Positions 1 through 11,240 of a DNA stretch of 64,000 nt are shown here, piece after piece. Source of the stretch: Camelus ferus (Eukaryota); the NCBI RefSeq assembly GCF_009834535.1, contig NC_045696.1, positions 21,082,001 through 21,146,000 on the forward strand, written 5' to 3'. How positions within the stretch are numbered: the first letter of the stretch is position 1; the number at the start of each line of letters is the position of its first letter. The notes below the pieces were generated by a model. That model saw only the letters and a program-made list of their open reading frames with translations. It did no database searches and had not been told where the DNA came from. The translations under genes were made by a program, and so were the position numbers.

Positions 1-124
1 CTAAAAAAAACCCTAATTTTAAATAATTTCCCATAATCTGAGAAACACACTTGTTATGAAACTGAAACTGATCAGCCAGAAACCGAGAAATATCCAAGGT
101 GTTAACTATCTTACAATATATGGT

Positions 125-128
<4 letters not shown>

Positions 129-158
<30 letters not shown>
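129..158. repeat. (TG)15 microsatellite
   Basis: Perfect TG run read directly. Confidence 0.95.
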
Positions 159-161
<3 letters not shown>

Positions 162-353
162 CCTTTGAATCAGGTCAGACCTTTATAACTCATAGTAATA
201 ATAACATTGAGTAACATCGTAATGCCGTTTCCTCATACCTAGTACTGCACAGAGTGACAATTTAAGATCCAAATGACTATACTTGTGTATACAGTGGGGT
301 AACACCACAAGGAGAGCATCTCTGAAATTATGAATCTTGGAGTTTACTATTAC

Positions 354-392
354 ATATATGTGGATATATACATATATATATATACATATATA

Positions 393-423
<31 letters not shown>
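354..423. repeat. Compound (TA)n/(TG)n microsatellite
   Basis: Alternating purine-pyrimidine tract of TA, CA and TG units. Confidence 0.9.
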
Positions 424-695
424 GTAATTTTCAGACAGGCTTTTGAAAGATAGGTTTCTCTATGCTCCATGCTTGCTAGTGGATGGAATCATTGTAGCCA
501 GTCTTTTCCATGTGAGAGCTCCAGTATTATGCAGGCGTCTTGTTTACAGCCCTCTGCCATGCAGATCCCAAGATCCCATCTACTATCATACAGCTGCCTA
601 AACACATATCTCTTTGTTCCTAACAGATCTGCTTACCATTCTGGTTTTCAGGTTTCTCTACCTTGTAGTCCCTAAGTAATATCTCCTTTACTTTT

Positions 696-792
696 TTAAA
701 AAAGAATTGAAGTACAGTCAGTTACAATGTGTTAATTTCCAGCTAACCACACAATGTCCCAGTCATCCCCGTCATGCTTATACAGACATATA
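696..792 (-). mobile_element. Short L1 3'-end stub with TSD
   Basis: attgaagtacagtcagttacaatgtgt is the reverse complement of the L1 3' terminus at 23530-23560. Flanked by direct repeat TCCTTTACTTTT at 684-695 and 793-804. Confidence 0.85.
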
Positions 793-832
793 TCCTTTAC
801 TTTTGAAGACGGGGTTTATATATGAATAGATA

Positions 833-1485
833 CAGTCAATTCTCATTATTTGCAGTCCTTTTATGTTCTGTAAAGTTCCCATGAACACTGAATTAGCAAA
901 TACTGAACCACTGCTTGAAGGGGAAGAGCAGGGTTAGGTTGCTGTGATCCTCTGGTCACAATAATTTTATCAACTGATCAGTATGTAACCTTGTTTTATG
1001 TGTGTTTCTATTTTAAAGACACCTCATTTAAAATATGTTGCTGATTCATTAACACTGAACTCACAGCCAACAGTGGTATAACTCACGCCTGAATTCAGCT
1101 GCTCTAACTCAAGCCTGTTCTCTGTAAGGCACTCACAGCCTTCCTGTACTTAGGAAAAATGGACAGCATTACAGTACTATGCCTGGGGGCCATTTTAAAC
1201 AACAAAATCACCAATAAAAAGCATAAAGATGTAAAATAGGTGGCACTAAATAGACTGCAAAAAGGACACAGCATGAAAGCTGAATGAGGAAGGCAGAGCA
1301 TCACCTTATTTGACCTCAACGGAGTATATGCCCACTGGGAAAGTCAAATTTTTAACTCTGTGCATCTCCACAAATGACCAGGAAAAGTACCAGGGAGTAT
1401 TGGTTTAGGGAGTACAGGTAAATTTTAGCTAGTAGGCAAACCCACAGTTTATGGGTATGGAATCCACAAATAGTCAGGTTTGATG
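833..1485 (+). mobile_element. MER82-like TcMar-Tigger non-autonomous DNA transposon
   Basis: Starts TA|CAGTCAATTCTCATTATTTGC and ends with a degenerate inverted terminus (CACAAATAGTCAGGTTTGATG|TA). Internal sequence follows the recalled MER82 consensus; ~650 bp. Confidence 0.8.
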
Positions 1486-1599
1486 TAGACAGACAGATCT
1501 AGATATAAATGTAGATATATAATATACTGGCATTTCAAATTAGCTGTAAGATGGTAAGAGTCTGAGCATGAATTTTATATTTTTAGTAAAAATATCCAA

Positions 1600-2120
1600 A
1601 TCTTGATAAGGATATTATAAACTGACATACAATGCTGTGGGAGTAAATTTAATATAATTTTCTGGGAAGTGATTTGGCAACATATATTAAGAACTTTTAA
1701 ATTATTTAAACAAATTAATTTAGTCATTACCCTTCAGGGAAACCAATCCTACCAAATCCTAAAAAATGTGGACACAGATTAATATACAGATATATGCACT
1801 GTACCATTAAATTTACTGTATGAAATTTGGAAAGAGACAAAATGCCCAACCACAGGAATATGCTTACATAAATTAGATTTAATCCTGTAAAAATGACTGA
1901 GTAGGTATCATAGATTCTTTGAAAGCAATTTAAATTTATTACTTTGGGAAGCTTCTTCTGATTAAAAATAAGGTAAAGTAGCATGGATATAAATTATATA
2001 TAACATTATCTCAGCTATGTAAATACTTAAAAAAACTAAATCCAAATGGCTGTAAAAGTTACTTATAAGTATTCATTTTCTGTACTATATCCTTTACCAT
2101 GAATATTTTTTTTTCTTAAC
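1600..2120 (+). mobile_element. Ancient L1 (L1M-type) ORF2-end/3' UTR fragment
   Basis: Degenerate L1 ORF2 C-terminal motifs (tttctgggaagtgatttggcaacatat; aaatgcccaaccacaggaatatgcttacataaatta). Confidence 0.5.
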
Positions 2121-3687
2121 TGGACAAAAGGTAGTATAGAATTGCTTCCAGACTAATGATGCCTTGATATTTTTTTAGATTCCCACTGAATATAATGTAT
2201 TTTGGGTGGGAGTAGATATTAACATCTGTACTTTTCAATATCCAAGAACATGACTGTGGAACCACCTACGAGGCTGACACAGTAAACACAATGTGGAAAG
2301 AACAGCACACGAGACTATTTCCTCTCCCACTTTACCTCATTCACACTATAACTCACTATAATCACAGAAACTCAAGATACCTTCACAGAACCTTAACGTG
2401 GTCAAGTTATACAAAAGATTTCTAAAATAAATTCTTATTGCCCAAATTGAAAGGTAAAGTGTTCTTGGTCTCTTCATATACTAAAATCCTGAAAAACCAT
2501 TTAAATTTTGCATAGTACATTTTACAAGGGATAATTATGACATACTTTGTGTGTGCAAGAAACTGTTCATTTTAGCAAAGAGGCTCAAATATTGTTAATG
2601 AGGAATTTGGAAAAAAATGACAAAATCACCTTTGAGTTGACAGCGCAATGTGAGACAGTTGTCCTTCATTTTGGACAGTTTTTACATTAAATAGGCACCA
2701 TTCACAAACCTGATAGGAAACGATCTATTATTTTGAAGGATATGAACAAGACTTTAGAGAAAGAATGGAATTTTAATATTTGTTATAATTTTACCATTTT
2801 TATATTTGATATATAAGTATTTACTTGGCATGATATTCTTTAATAAGTTATGGCTTATTTATATGTCTTACATATAATAGACGGCCATTAAATATTTTAT
2901 TTCTGTGGGTAGCTTGCCAAGTGCAAAACATGTTTTCCTCTATTGGAAATTGATTCCTTGAGGAAATTTCTCTGCCTGCAGTTGTGAAACTAATTAATGC
3001 TGAATTCCACTCCTACAGCAATGTTTGCTATTACAGAGCAGAAAAAGTTTGCCAAAATTTATGCAGAAAAATATTTTTAAGACTTTTCTTCTCAAAAAAG
3101 CTGGAGAAAAAATGTACATCAAAATTCAGAGTTAACATAGAATTTAAGAATTGAAATATCCATGTTAAAGACCATGTCAGTTTTTATTTGAAGATTTCTA
3201 ATTATTTCTATGTATTTGTGTATAATTCTAATAATTTTACATCTTCCAGGTGTTTTTATTTTGTCAGCATTGAAATAATATTATTGACTTTGGTAAAAGA
3301 AAGAATAATTTCCATAATTCCTATACACAATTTGGTGTATAGAGTGGATAATTCCCTTCCATTTTAATTAACCATATTCCACATATAGAAATACTACTGG
3401 TTTTCCTTAAAACATAGTTAACTCTAAAATTATCTTATTTGACATTCTCAATTTAAAAAAAACTGTGCCTCATAAGTATACTATAACCTCAAATCTGCAT
3501 CTCCATATTGTTTTGTTTTGTTAAATTAGGCTATTTCTCTCTTGACTACTATTTTCTGAGATTAAATGACCTTGCCCCAGAGACACGGCAAACTTACTCT
3601 TATGATTTTCAAGACACATTGTCCATTTTACTATTCTGTCTGTAACTTGGGGCATTGTTAATTTATCTTGGCTGAAGAATATCATTA

Positions 3688-4169
3688 TGTAACAGAGCAG
3701 GACCCTCCTTGGGACAGAGGCCTCCCCTATATTCTCTGCTTTAGCTCTTCTTTGAAGTACCTAGATAATAGTCTTTGATGCACATTTCCTGAGTTGTTTT
3801 ACAGATGCTAAAATCCTCACCAAATGGAATAAATTAACTCCTTGATGACCATGAGTACATAGCCTCCAGATCTATTGGAGAACAAGGATTGATAATGTTA
3901 ACCCTGTGACACCACCCTGTTACCTCACCATCAGCCAATCAGAGAATTGTGCACGAGCTGATCACATACCTGGGATCCTCCCTCACCTTGCCTTTACAGA
4001 TGCTTTGCTGAAATCCACAGGAAGTTCAGACTTTTTGAACATTGCCTGTCTGAGACTCCTTGTATGAAACCCTACAGTAAACATTGCACTTTCCTTCACC
4101 ACGACTCAGTGTCAATAGTTTGGTTTTACTGTGCATGGATGAGGGGAACCAAGTTTTAGTTCCATGGCA
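3688..4169 (+). mobile_element. Solo ERV1-class LTR
   Basis: TGTAAC...CA termini, ~480 bp, CCAAT box (agccaatcag), decayed poly(A) signal (agtaaa), U5-like end, degenerate 4-bp TSD atta/attt. Confidence 0.75.
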
Positions 4170-5311
4170 ATTTTAGTTGAATAAATGCCATTAATAGACA
4201 ATGTTCAATCATTTAGCCTGTATTTTATGTATAACACATTTTGACTTCAGCTTTCCAAAACTTTGCTACTATTTCTTCTGGTTCCAGTTTAATTTATCTT
4301 TTGCTATAAAATATATTCAAAGTGCAATAAAATATTGCAGAATTAGTATAGTCTCTTCAGTAGGATGTTTTATTTGACTTGCCCTATCAATTATGCTAGG
4401 CACAGATTTTCTATCAACTATTTGAAAGCTCCTGCTATGGTTTTAAAACTTCTCCTATGGTTATAAGAATATAAGCTCAGTTAACTTCTTATTTCACTGT
4501 GGACTATGTTAAGAACACCAGATGAATCTTCTGTCCACAACATTGAGCAACCACGTAGCTTTGTTCAAGACAAATATTATATATAATTTGAAGGTCAGAG
4601 AAAGTGATACAATTGATGTCAAGAAGCACTAAATATCACTTTACCCTAATCATCTTGTCTTAGAGTGCAAACTTAAGAAATGAAAAGGGATTGATAATGA
4701 GATAAGGAAGAGTGTGTTTTAGGGAGAGGCACACCACTGTTACATTTATATGACACTAAATCATGTTGAGATGGAGCCACTTGGAGAAGGAAATAAATCT
4801 ATCACATCTTCTATGGATATGATGTACTATTGCTAAGATAATAAAGCATGTCTATTTCGGAAGTTTCCTGTAATAGAGGCAAGTGATATTGTCAACAGAC
4901 CTTGGAAAACTACGATTATCTAATGAGAACTTTACACTTCAAAAAAGAGAGAGCACTTAGAATCATTTCTATTATTCTCATTCTTTTACTATCTTTTTGT
5001 CTTTTATAGCTGTGATTATAAATCCATCTTGATTAATTGGCGTGATCCTTGACATAATAATTTAAAATATTCAACAGCTTTCATGGACTTAAAATATACT
5101 GGTTTAAAGTAGCTCAGTATTTCACTCTTTTATGCAATATGCATACGAATATTGGCATGTATTCACTAATTTAAAAAAATAACGATGGTTACAATATTCT
5201 CTGTGGTATGAGATAATAATTCTTTTTTAATAAGGAAACAAAAAGAGTGAACAGTTGTGAGAATTGTGAGCAATTCTGTCACAGGGAAAGTGAGAGTAGA
5301 ATACATGGCAC

Positions 5312-5454
5312 AGGGAACTTTAGTCAATATCTTGTAATAATCTATAATGGAAATGAATCTGAAAAAGAATGTATATATGTATGTATATCTGAATCACTTT
5401 GCAGTACACCTGAAGCTAACACAATATTGTTAATCACCTATACAGCAATTTAAA
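5312..5454 (+). mobile_element. Short L1 3'-end stub with 14-bp TSD
   Basis: L1 3' UTR motifs (cagggaac...caatatcttgtaataatctataatggaaa...tacacctgaagctaacaca). Perfect direct repeat AGAATACATGGCAC at 5298-5311 and 5455-5468. Confidence 0.9.
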
Positions 5455-6999
5455 AGAATACATGGCACCATGAAAAATAAGAAAGCTCCATTGAGGCTTC
5501 ATTAAAGTGTTTCATAATCTTCCTATTTGAGGCTCCAACACTTTAGCAACCAACGTAATTGGGCATTTCTATTTTCTTTAGAATATGTGGTGATTCTTTT
5601 CACGTTTGCAATGAAAGGAGGCTTTATGTATCAGGAATGACAGGAACCAAAGGATGAATGAAATATACACACACACTAGAAATAATAACAGGGGTTCCTC
5701 ACAATGCAATGGAAGTAATCTCTACCAATCATTTCCTGGAGTGAAATGCGTGTCCTATGTCTGATCTGGTGTCCCTTCTACTTTCTTTATGCTGTTTCTA
5801 ACTGATCTGTCCTTGTGCATGTTAGCTCTCATGTTTCACGTCCCTGTTCTCTGTATCTCATATCAGCCCTTGTCAAACTGCACTAGTTGCAGTTTCAGGA
5901 ATTTTTGTCTTTTTAAAATGCTCAACGTTCTGTTTCTGACCTATATGTTCACAGCTTTATAGTCTTGTTCGTGTTTCCTACTATGCACACCCAGACAATC
6001 GTAGAGTTTGAATGTCTCACTTCTCAGCATACCACTGTCTTCTAAAAACGACATGACTGAATTTCTAATGGGGCTAATGCAAAAACTCTCCTTGATTCTG
6101 TAACAGGAAAACAATGTGATGTTGGGTGCTACCTGAAATATTTTTTCCTCATTGCTTAAAAAGTTTTTCCTATGGCAACTTCCAATGTCATACTAGCAAA
6201 TCTTATTTCTAACACGTTGGCTTCTATTGTTAAACCTGACCACGTGGCCACTTACAGCTTTTTCAGAGTTTTGCTGCCTAACTAACCCTTTAGGCACTTT
6301 TACAGTTGAAATATATTGACTGGAAATGTTAATGTTTTAGCAACTCATGGGGCTTTTGCAAGTGAAGTCCTTCACCAAGCTCAGAGGACTATATTTGCCA
6401 TTCTTGTCCTCTGTCTGTGTCATTAAATATAATTGGGATGTATGTTGCTCACTCAGATAAAAATAAATCACTTTCGAGAAATTTTAAAGGTAAAACAAGG
6501 AAAGGAATCCTGAAAGTAACAGACAGGATGTGACTAGTTTCTATGTTCTTACTATAACAATGGTAGTACTGGTTCTTTAGCTTAGAAACTAGACATGAGG
6601 CTTAGTTGAAAATAACCAAAAAAAAAAAAAATATATATATATATATATATACTTGCATTACAGTTAACTTAAGCATATGTTTCCACTTATCTCACTGAAT
6701 TGTGGACTTCTCCAAATATGGCTAACAAAGAGTCTCTAGACCCTCCAAACTCTATAACCAGTATTTTAAGTTCATTTAATTTGTGTATATATGGTACTTG
6801 TCTAATAACAGCCTGCTCTGAAGTGTTGCTTCTTTGTTTCAAGGCATTTAAGATTATTTGCAGATATTTCTTAGTCTATGAAAATGTATATGCTCAAGAT
6901 TCCCATTTTTCAATGGGCAGAAGATGCCTTGTGTTCAATAAAGCCTGTTTGCATTTTTTGGACTCACGGATATGACCAGACTTCCCAACCTCCCTTACA

Positions 7000-9185
7000 G
7001 ACACGTGTGTTCATGCCCAAGTACCGAGCAGGGTAATCTGCTAACTTCTTTAACTCTAATTTGACGTGGATAAACTTGGAGGTCCTACAATGGCGCTGAC
7101 ACAGAATAGCATGGCCTGGATCTCTGAACTATTGATCAAGAATTCCCATTTGAACTATATAGGAATGAGCCACTGAGGTTTTTTTATGATTTACCTTTTC
7201 AGGTATAACATTTACACATGTAGTATGGAAATTTATTGCAGGACTGCAACCATTCTCCAATACATTCCTGAAATGTGGGACACTGTTTAGCCGTAGGACA
7301 CAAAGAAAACTGACGTTGGATCCTTTAAAGCTAAGGGAAGTGGCTTATGAAAGAGTGATAGTGTTACAGTGTCCAAACTTGTTCTGTTCACTGCACGACA
7401 GGCCAATAAATACGGAGATGAGGTATTGGGGCAAGGAATAATGACTTTATTCCAGTAGACCAAGGAGATAGGTGACTAATGTCCTAGAGAACCATCTTCC
7501 CCAAGGCAGAAGTCAGGATCCTTTTATACTAAAAAGGGAGAGTGTGTGACTGATTGTTGCAAACTTTATGGTGTCTGAATTCTTTTTTCTTGCAGCTGCC
7601 CATGTAGGTCAGGTCACGATGTTCCTGTAAATCTCCAACAAGACAAATGTTATTCTTTGTTCTGCAACTTTTTATCTCTATATGAATGGAAAGTGTTACG
7701 CCCTTTAAGGTCAAAGACTTGTAATGGGCTATCCTATATATTTCAGGTCTGAGGCAACATTCTTTTACAAAAAGTGCAGATCCAGCATGACTAAGCACAG
7801 GAAACGGAGCACAGGGTTAGAGCTAAGGGAACAGATCTAACCTGGAGCCAGATTTATTCTTCCTTCTTACAATGGTGTTGATTTTAAATTTGTGTTTATT
7901 TAGGAAGCTGTTATATGGGAGAGATGAGTTCAAGAAATAATTGGCTAGTTTTCTGGCATAAATTAGAAAGTCATGAAGAGCATTCAAATATTTTTAACAG
8001 TGAAATCTTGGGGAAAAAAGAATGCTTTTAGATACCAAACAGTAAGAGATGATGCTGAGAGAGAACTCGAGAAGGAGCGGTTCACTAAGTTGTAGCTCAA
8101 TGATAAAGAGCAGATTAATTGTGTGCTTATCTCCAAACTAATATCACAGAAAGCCTTAAGTTAGCTGCCATTAAAAAGGAAGCCCATGAGATGTGATTAA
8201 AGAAATAAAGCAGGTGGGCCATTATATCTAAGAAGAATTACAGATACATTACTGGCATATGGAACTTATAGCAAAAATCAAAATCCTACCTATAAGCAAG
8301 GAAAGTATATATCTAAAATTACACAAAATTAATCTGTAAGTGCATTTGGCCCTTAGACTCCCAATCACCCATTACAGGTGCAGCCATAGGTGGAAATGGA
8401 TCAAAAACAAGATCTATGAATGAAAAGTTGTCATTAAGCTTTTATTCAAACATTGCATTGTGGAGACATTCCAAGATGACTCTTCTTCAGAGAGTAAGTA
8501 GCTTAAAAGATTTACAAATTCGATTAAATTAGGAAAATTCAGATATAGTCAGTTTTATTTCCAGAATTTCTCACTCTTCAAATTCTTAGCAGGTGTGAGG
8601 GACTTAGGCTGCTGTAGACATGGGGCATGATTTAGGAAATGCAAGACAGTGGTAGCAGTTTTAGCAGATATAGGTTGGTCAATTTGAGTTAAACAGGAGA
8701 GAGGAGGAATAGTTATTAGAGTCAGCAGAATTTTGTCCATTCTTCAGCCTCTTTTTGCAAAGATTTTTGCTGACCATAAAAGCAGATTGTGGTGGACTGC
8801 AACTTTTTTTTTTAACCTTATACTTGTTACCTCCTCTTTCTGGAAACAGAGTGATGTCACATTTCCAGGCTATCTCAGTTATGTGTGGACAGAGAAGGTG
8901 CACTGAGGCATGGTGTGCCATTTCAAGATCTGGCCCATAGAAATCTCCCATAAACCTTGATTTTCTCCTTCTGGTTTAACGTAGACAGTACAGAGTTCCA
9001 AACACCAGGACAAAAAGACACTATAATCAAAGATGAGAAGAATCCAGGGTGCTGAATTACTGCTTGGAGAAGCACTTCCTGCCCATTAGGAATATCCGTT
9101 TAGATTTCACATGAGAAAGAACTAAACTTCTATTAAGTTAAACCCTTGAAATTTGGAAGACTATCTGTTTTGGCAGGCAGCTGTT
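7000..9185 (+). mobile_element. Degraded MaLR (MLT1) remnant: LTR-internal-LTR, interrupted by a younger ERV LTR
   Basis: MLT1-like LTR 3' end at ~9100-9185 (aactaaacttctattaagttaaacccttgaaatttgg). MLT-internal-like motifs at ~7900-8200 (gagagatgagttcaagaaataattggctagtttt; caaacagtaagagatga). Boundaries approximate. Confidence 0.4.
7362..7871 (-). mobile_element. Solo ERV1 LTR, MER41-like
   Basis: TGTTAC...TTACA termini, TSD atag/atgg, minus-strand TATAAAA and AATAAA. The U5 end (ttattggcctgtcgtgcagtgaacagaacaagtttggacactgtaaca) resembles artiodactyl MER41-like LTRs from memory. Confidence 0.8.
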
Positions 9186-9689
9186 GAATGGTGGTTAACA
9201 CCTGTACTTTGTTCTAGCTCAGTAATCTGAGCGTCCTGTGTCCTGGTTCAGCTGCATCTTCTGTTCTGCTTCTTTGTTTTCTGACGTACTGTACCTTTGG
9301 AAAGTGTTGTATTACACTGTGTTGGGCAGAAAAGCAACTTTATGACTGGAGTGCTTGCAACAAAATACTTACTTCCAACAAGGGGAAGAATCATGAATAT
9401 TATGCTCTTTTCTATGTAAGCATCTCTCTACCTGTGACATTTTTGTAAGCCCATGTAACCAAGGATACATTATTATTTGGGATCCCCAATGACTGCCCAG
9501 TAATGCTTTTCCCTTGATGCACACTGATAAGCAATATTCCTATAGTCCTATAGTCGATTCGATTCAGAATGCCTCTCATTATTTCCTTCCTCTGGGGGCT
9601 ACTGACTGATAAAGTTGATCCATGTGGAAGTTGAAAGTCAATTAAAAAAATCTGCACTCCATCAATTTTTGTAATTTTGTCCTTTATCA

Positions 9690-10135
9690 TTCTCCCCCTT
9701 ATCTGCTATTCCAGCCACTATGACATTCTACCCCTTCTTCAAGCATGCCAGGTGTGTTTCAGCCTCAGCGTTTTGGCCCCATTTCCTCTGCCTGGCGTAG
9801 TCTTCCACTCCATTGTTGTATGATTGCTAATTTGTTTTTTTTTACCATACAGGCCTCAGTTCAAATGTTAACTCAGAGATTTTCCCCCACCTCTTCTAAA
9901 ATACTCCCCACTTATTTTTAATTCCACTAAACTACTTTATTATTTTTCTTATCACTTATTAATGTCTGAAGTTATTTATTTTATTAATTATGTATTTTCT
10001 TTATTGATTCTGCTCCATAAAATCACCACCTTATCTGCACTCTCACTACTGTATTCACGTTAGGATAATGTCATGGCACAGTATTAAACCACACATGGTG
10101 GTTGATAAAAACCATATAATGGAATAATGAATAAA
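9690..10135 (+). mobile_element. L2 3'-end fragment
   Basis: L2 motifs: tcttcaagcatgccagg..cagcctcag..ttcctctgcctgg; caggcctcagttcaaatgt; terminal gaataatgaataaa. Confidence 0.65.
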
Positions 10136-11182
10136 GCATTGCAAATAAAAAGCTATTAGAGACTATAGCTTAGATTCAATGCTGAATTTGGGTTTTCTCA
10201 TTGTCCTTCTGCTTTGTAGACTGAATTGTCCACTTACTTGCAGATACAGCTGCTGGAAAACCACGGGGCCTCTACCTCAGGCCAAGATTCATATTTTTCC
10301 CTCGAAGTCTAGACCTTCCTACTAGTCTGAATAGCCAAGATAGAAAGACAAAAAGAGAGTCAGAACCTAGTGATTCTGCCGAACATCAGCAGTGACCTTT
10401 ACCCAAATATTGCCTTGGACTATTAAGTCACTAGTACACCTGGGGAGAGGAGTGAGCAGGTCAGGAGATTGAGGGCATTATAAAGGTCTCTTCTAGACAG
10501 TTCTCTCCTGTGAGAATGTATTAATTGGGACTGTTAGGAAAACCTAAAACAGATATACAAAAACAAAACAGAATATATGGACGAACATGACTGGCAAGTC
10601 CAGGGATTGAATCAGCCTCAGACTCAATGTGACAAGAGGCTTCATATTAACAACGAAAGGACTCAGTTTTTTTTTTCCTTTCTTTTCTCAGTTGGCTTCT
10701 CTTACAGATTCTTCATGGGATTCCCCAGTAGCTGTTTCCATTAGTCTCAGTTCTGCTGTCACATTTGGAAGGAGACAAACACTGTCTCAAAGACCTTGCA
10801 AAATCTCATTGTGTCTCCTTGGCTCTAACTGTGGCCCTTGGGCATCCGTGAAGCAACCTCTAAAGTGATGAAATGTAATGTGGTAACTAGCCACTGATGA
10901 GCACATAACCACTGCAACAGCTGTGGGCTTGAGAGGAGCAGTGGTTCCCCAAAATAAACTGTGACACCATTGTTTAAAATGGAGTAATAAATTATAGTCA
11001 TTCCAAGTCCTATTCTTAACCCCTAAAGGATGAAGCATAAGAGTTGAATGAAATATGAAGAGAAAGGTAATTCATGTTCACCCTTCATCATGAAATAGAA
11101 GGTGCTATATTTTTACAAGTTGAATAGTCTAGTCAAGGTCAGATCCTCTTAACACTTCAGAGCCCCAGGCAAGAGCATGGAG

Positions 11183-11240
11183 CACACCAGAAACCGACAC
11201 ATTGTAACTGACTATACGTCAATAAATAAATAAATAAATA
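11183..11240 (+). mobile_element. Very short L1 3' terminus with (AAAT)n tail
   Basis: cacaccagaaaccgacacattgtaactgactatacgtcaataaataaa matches the L1 end at 23520-23560. No TSD recognised. Confidence 0.75.

Noticed and set aside
2351..2360. ACTCACTATA resembling a T7 promoter fragment
   Set aside because: Only 10 bp, explained by a local micro-duplication; no vector context.
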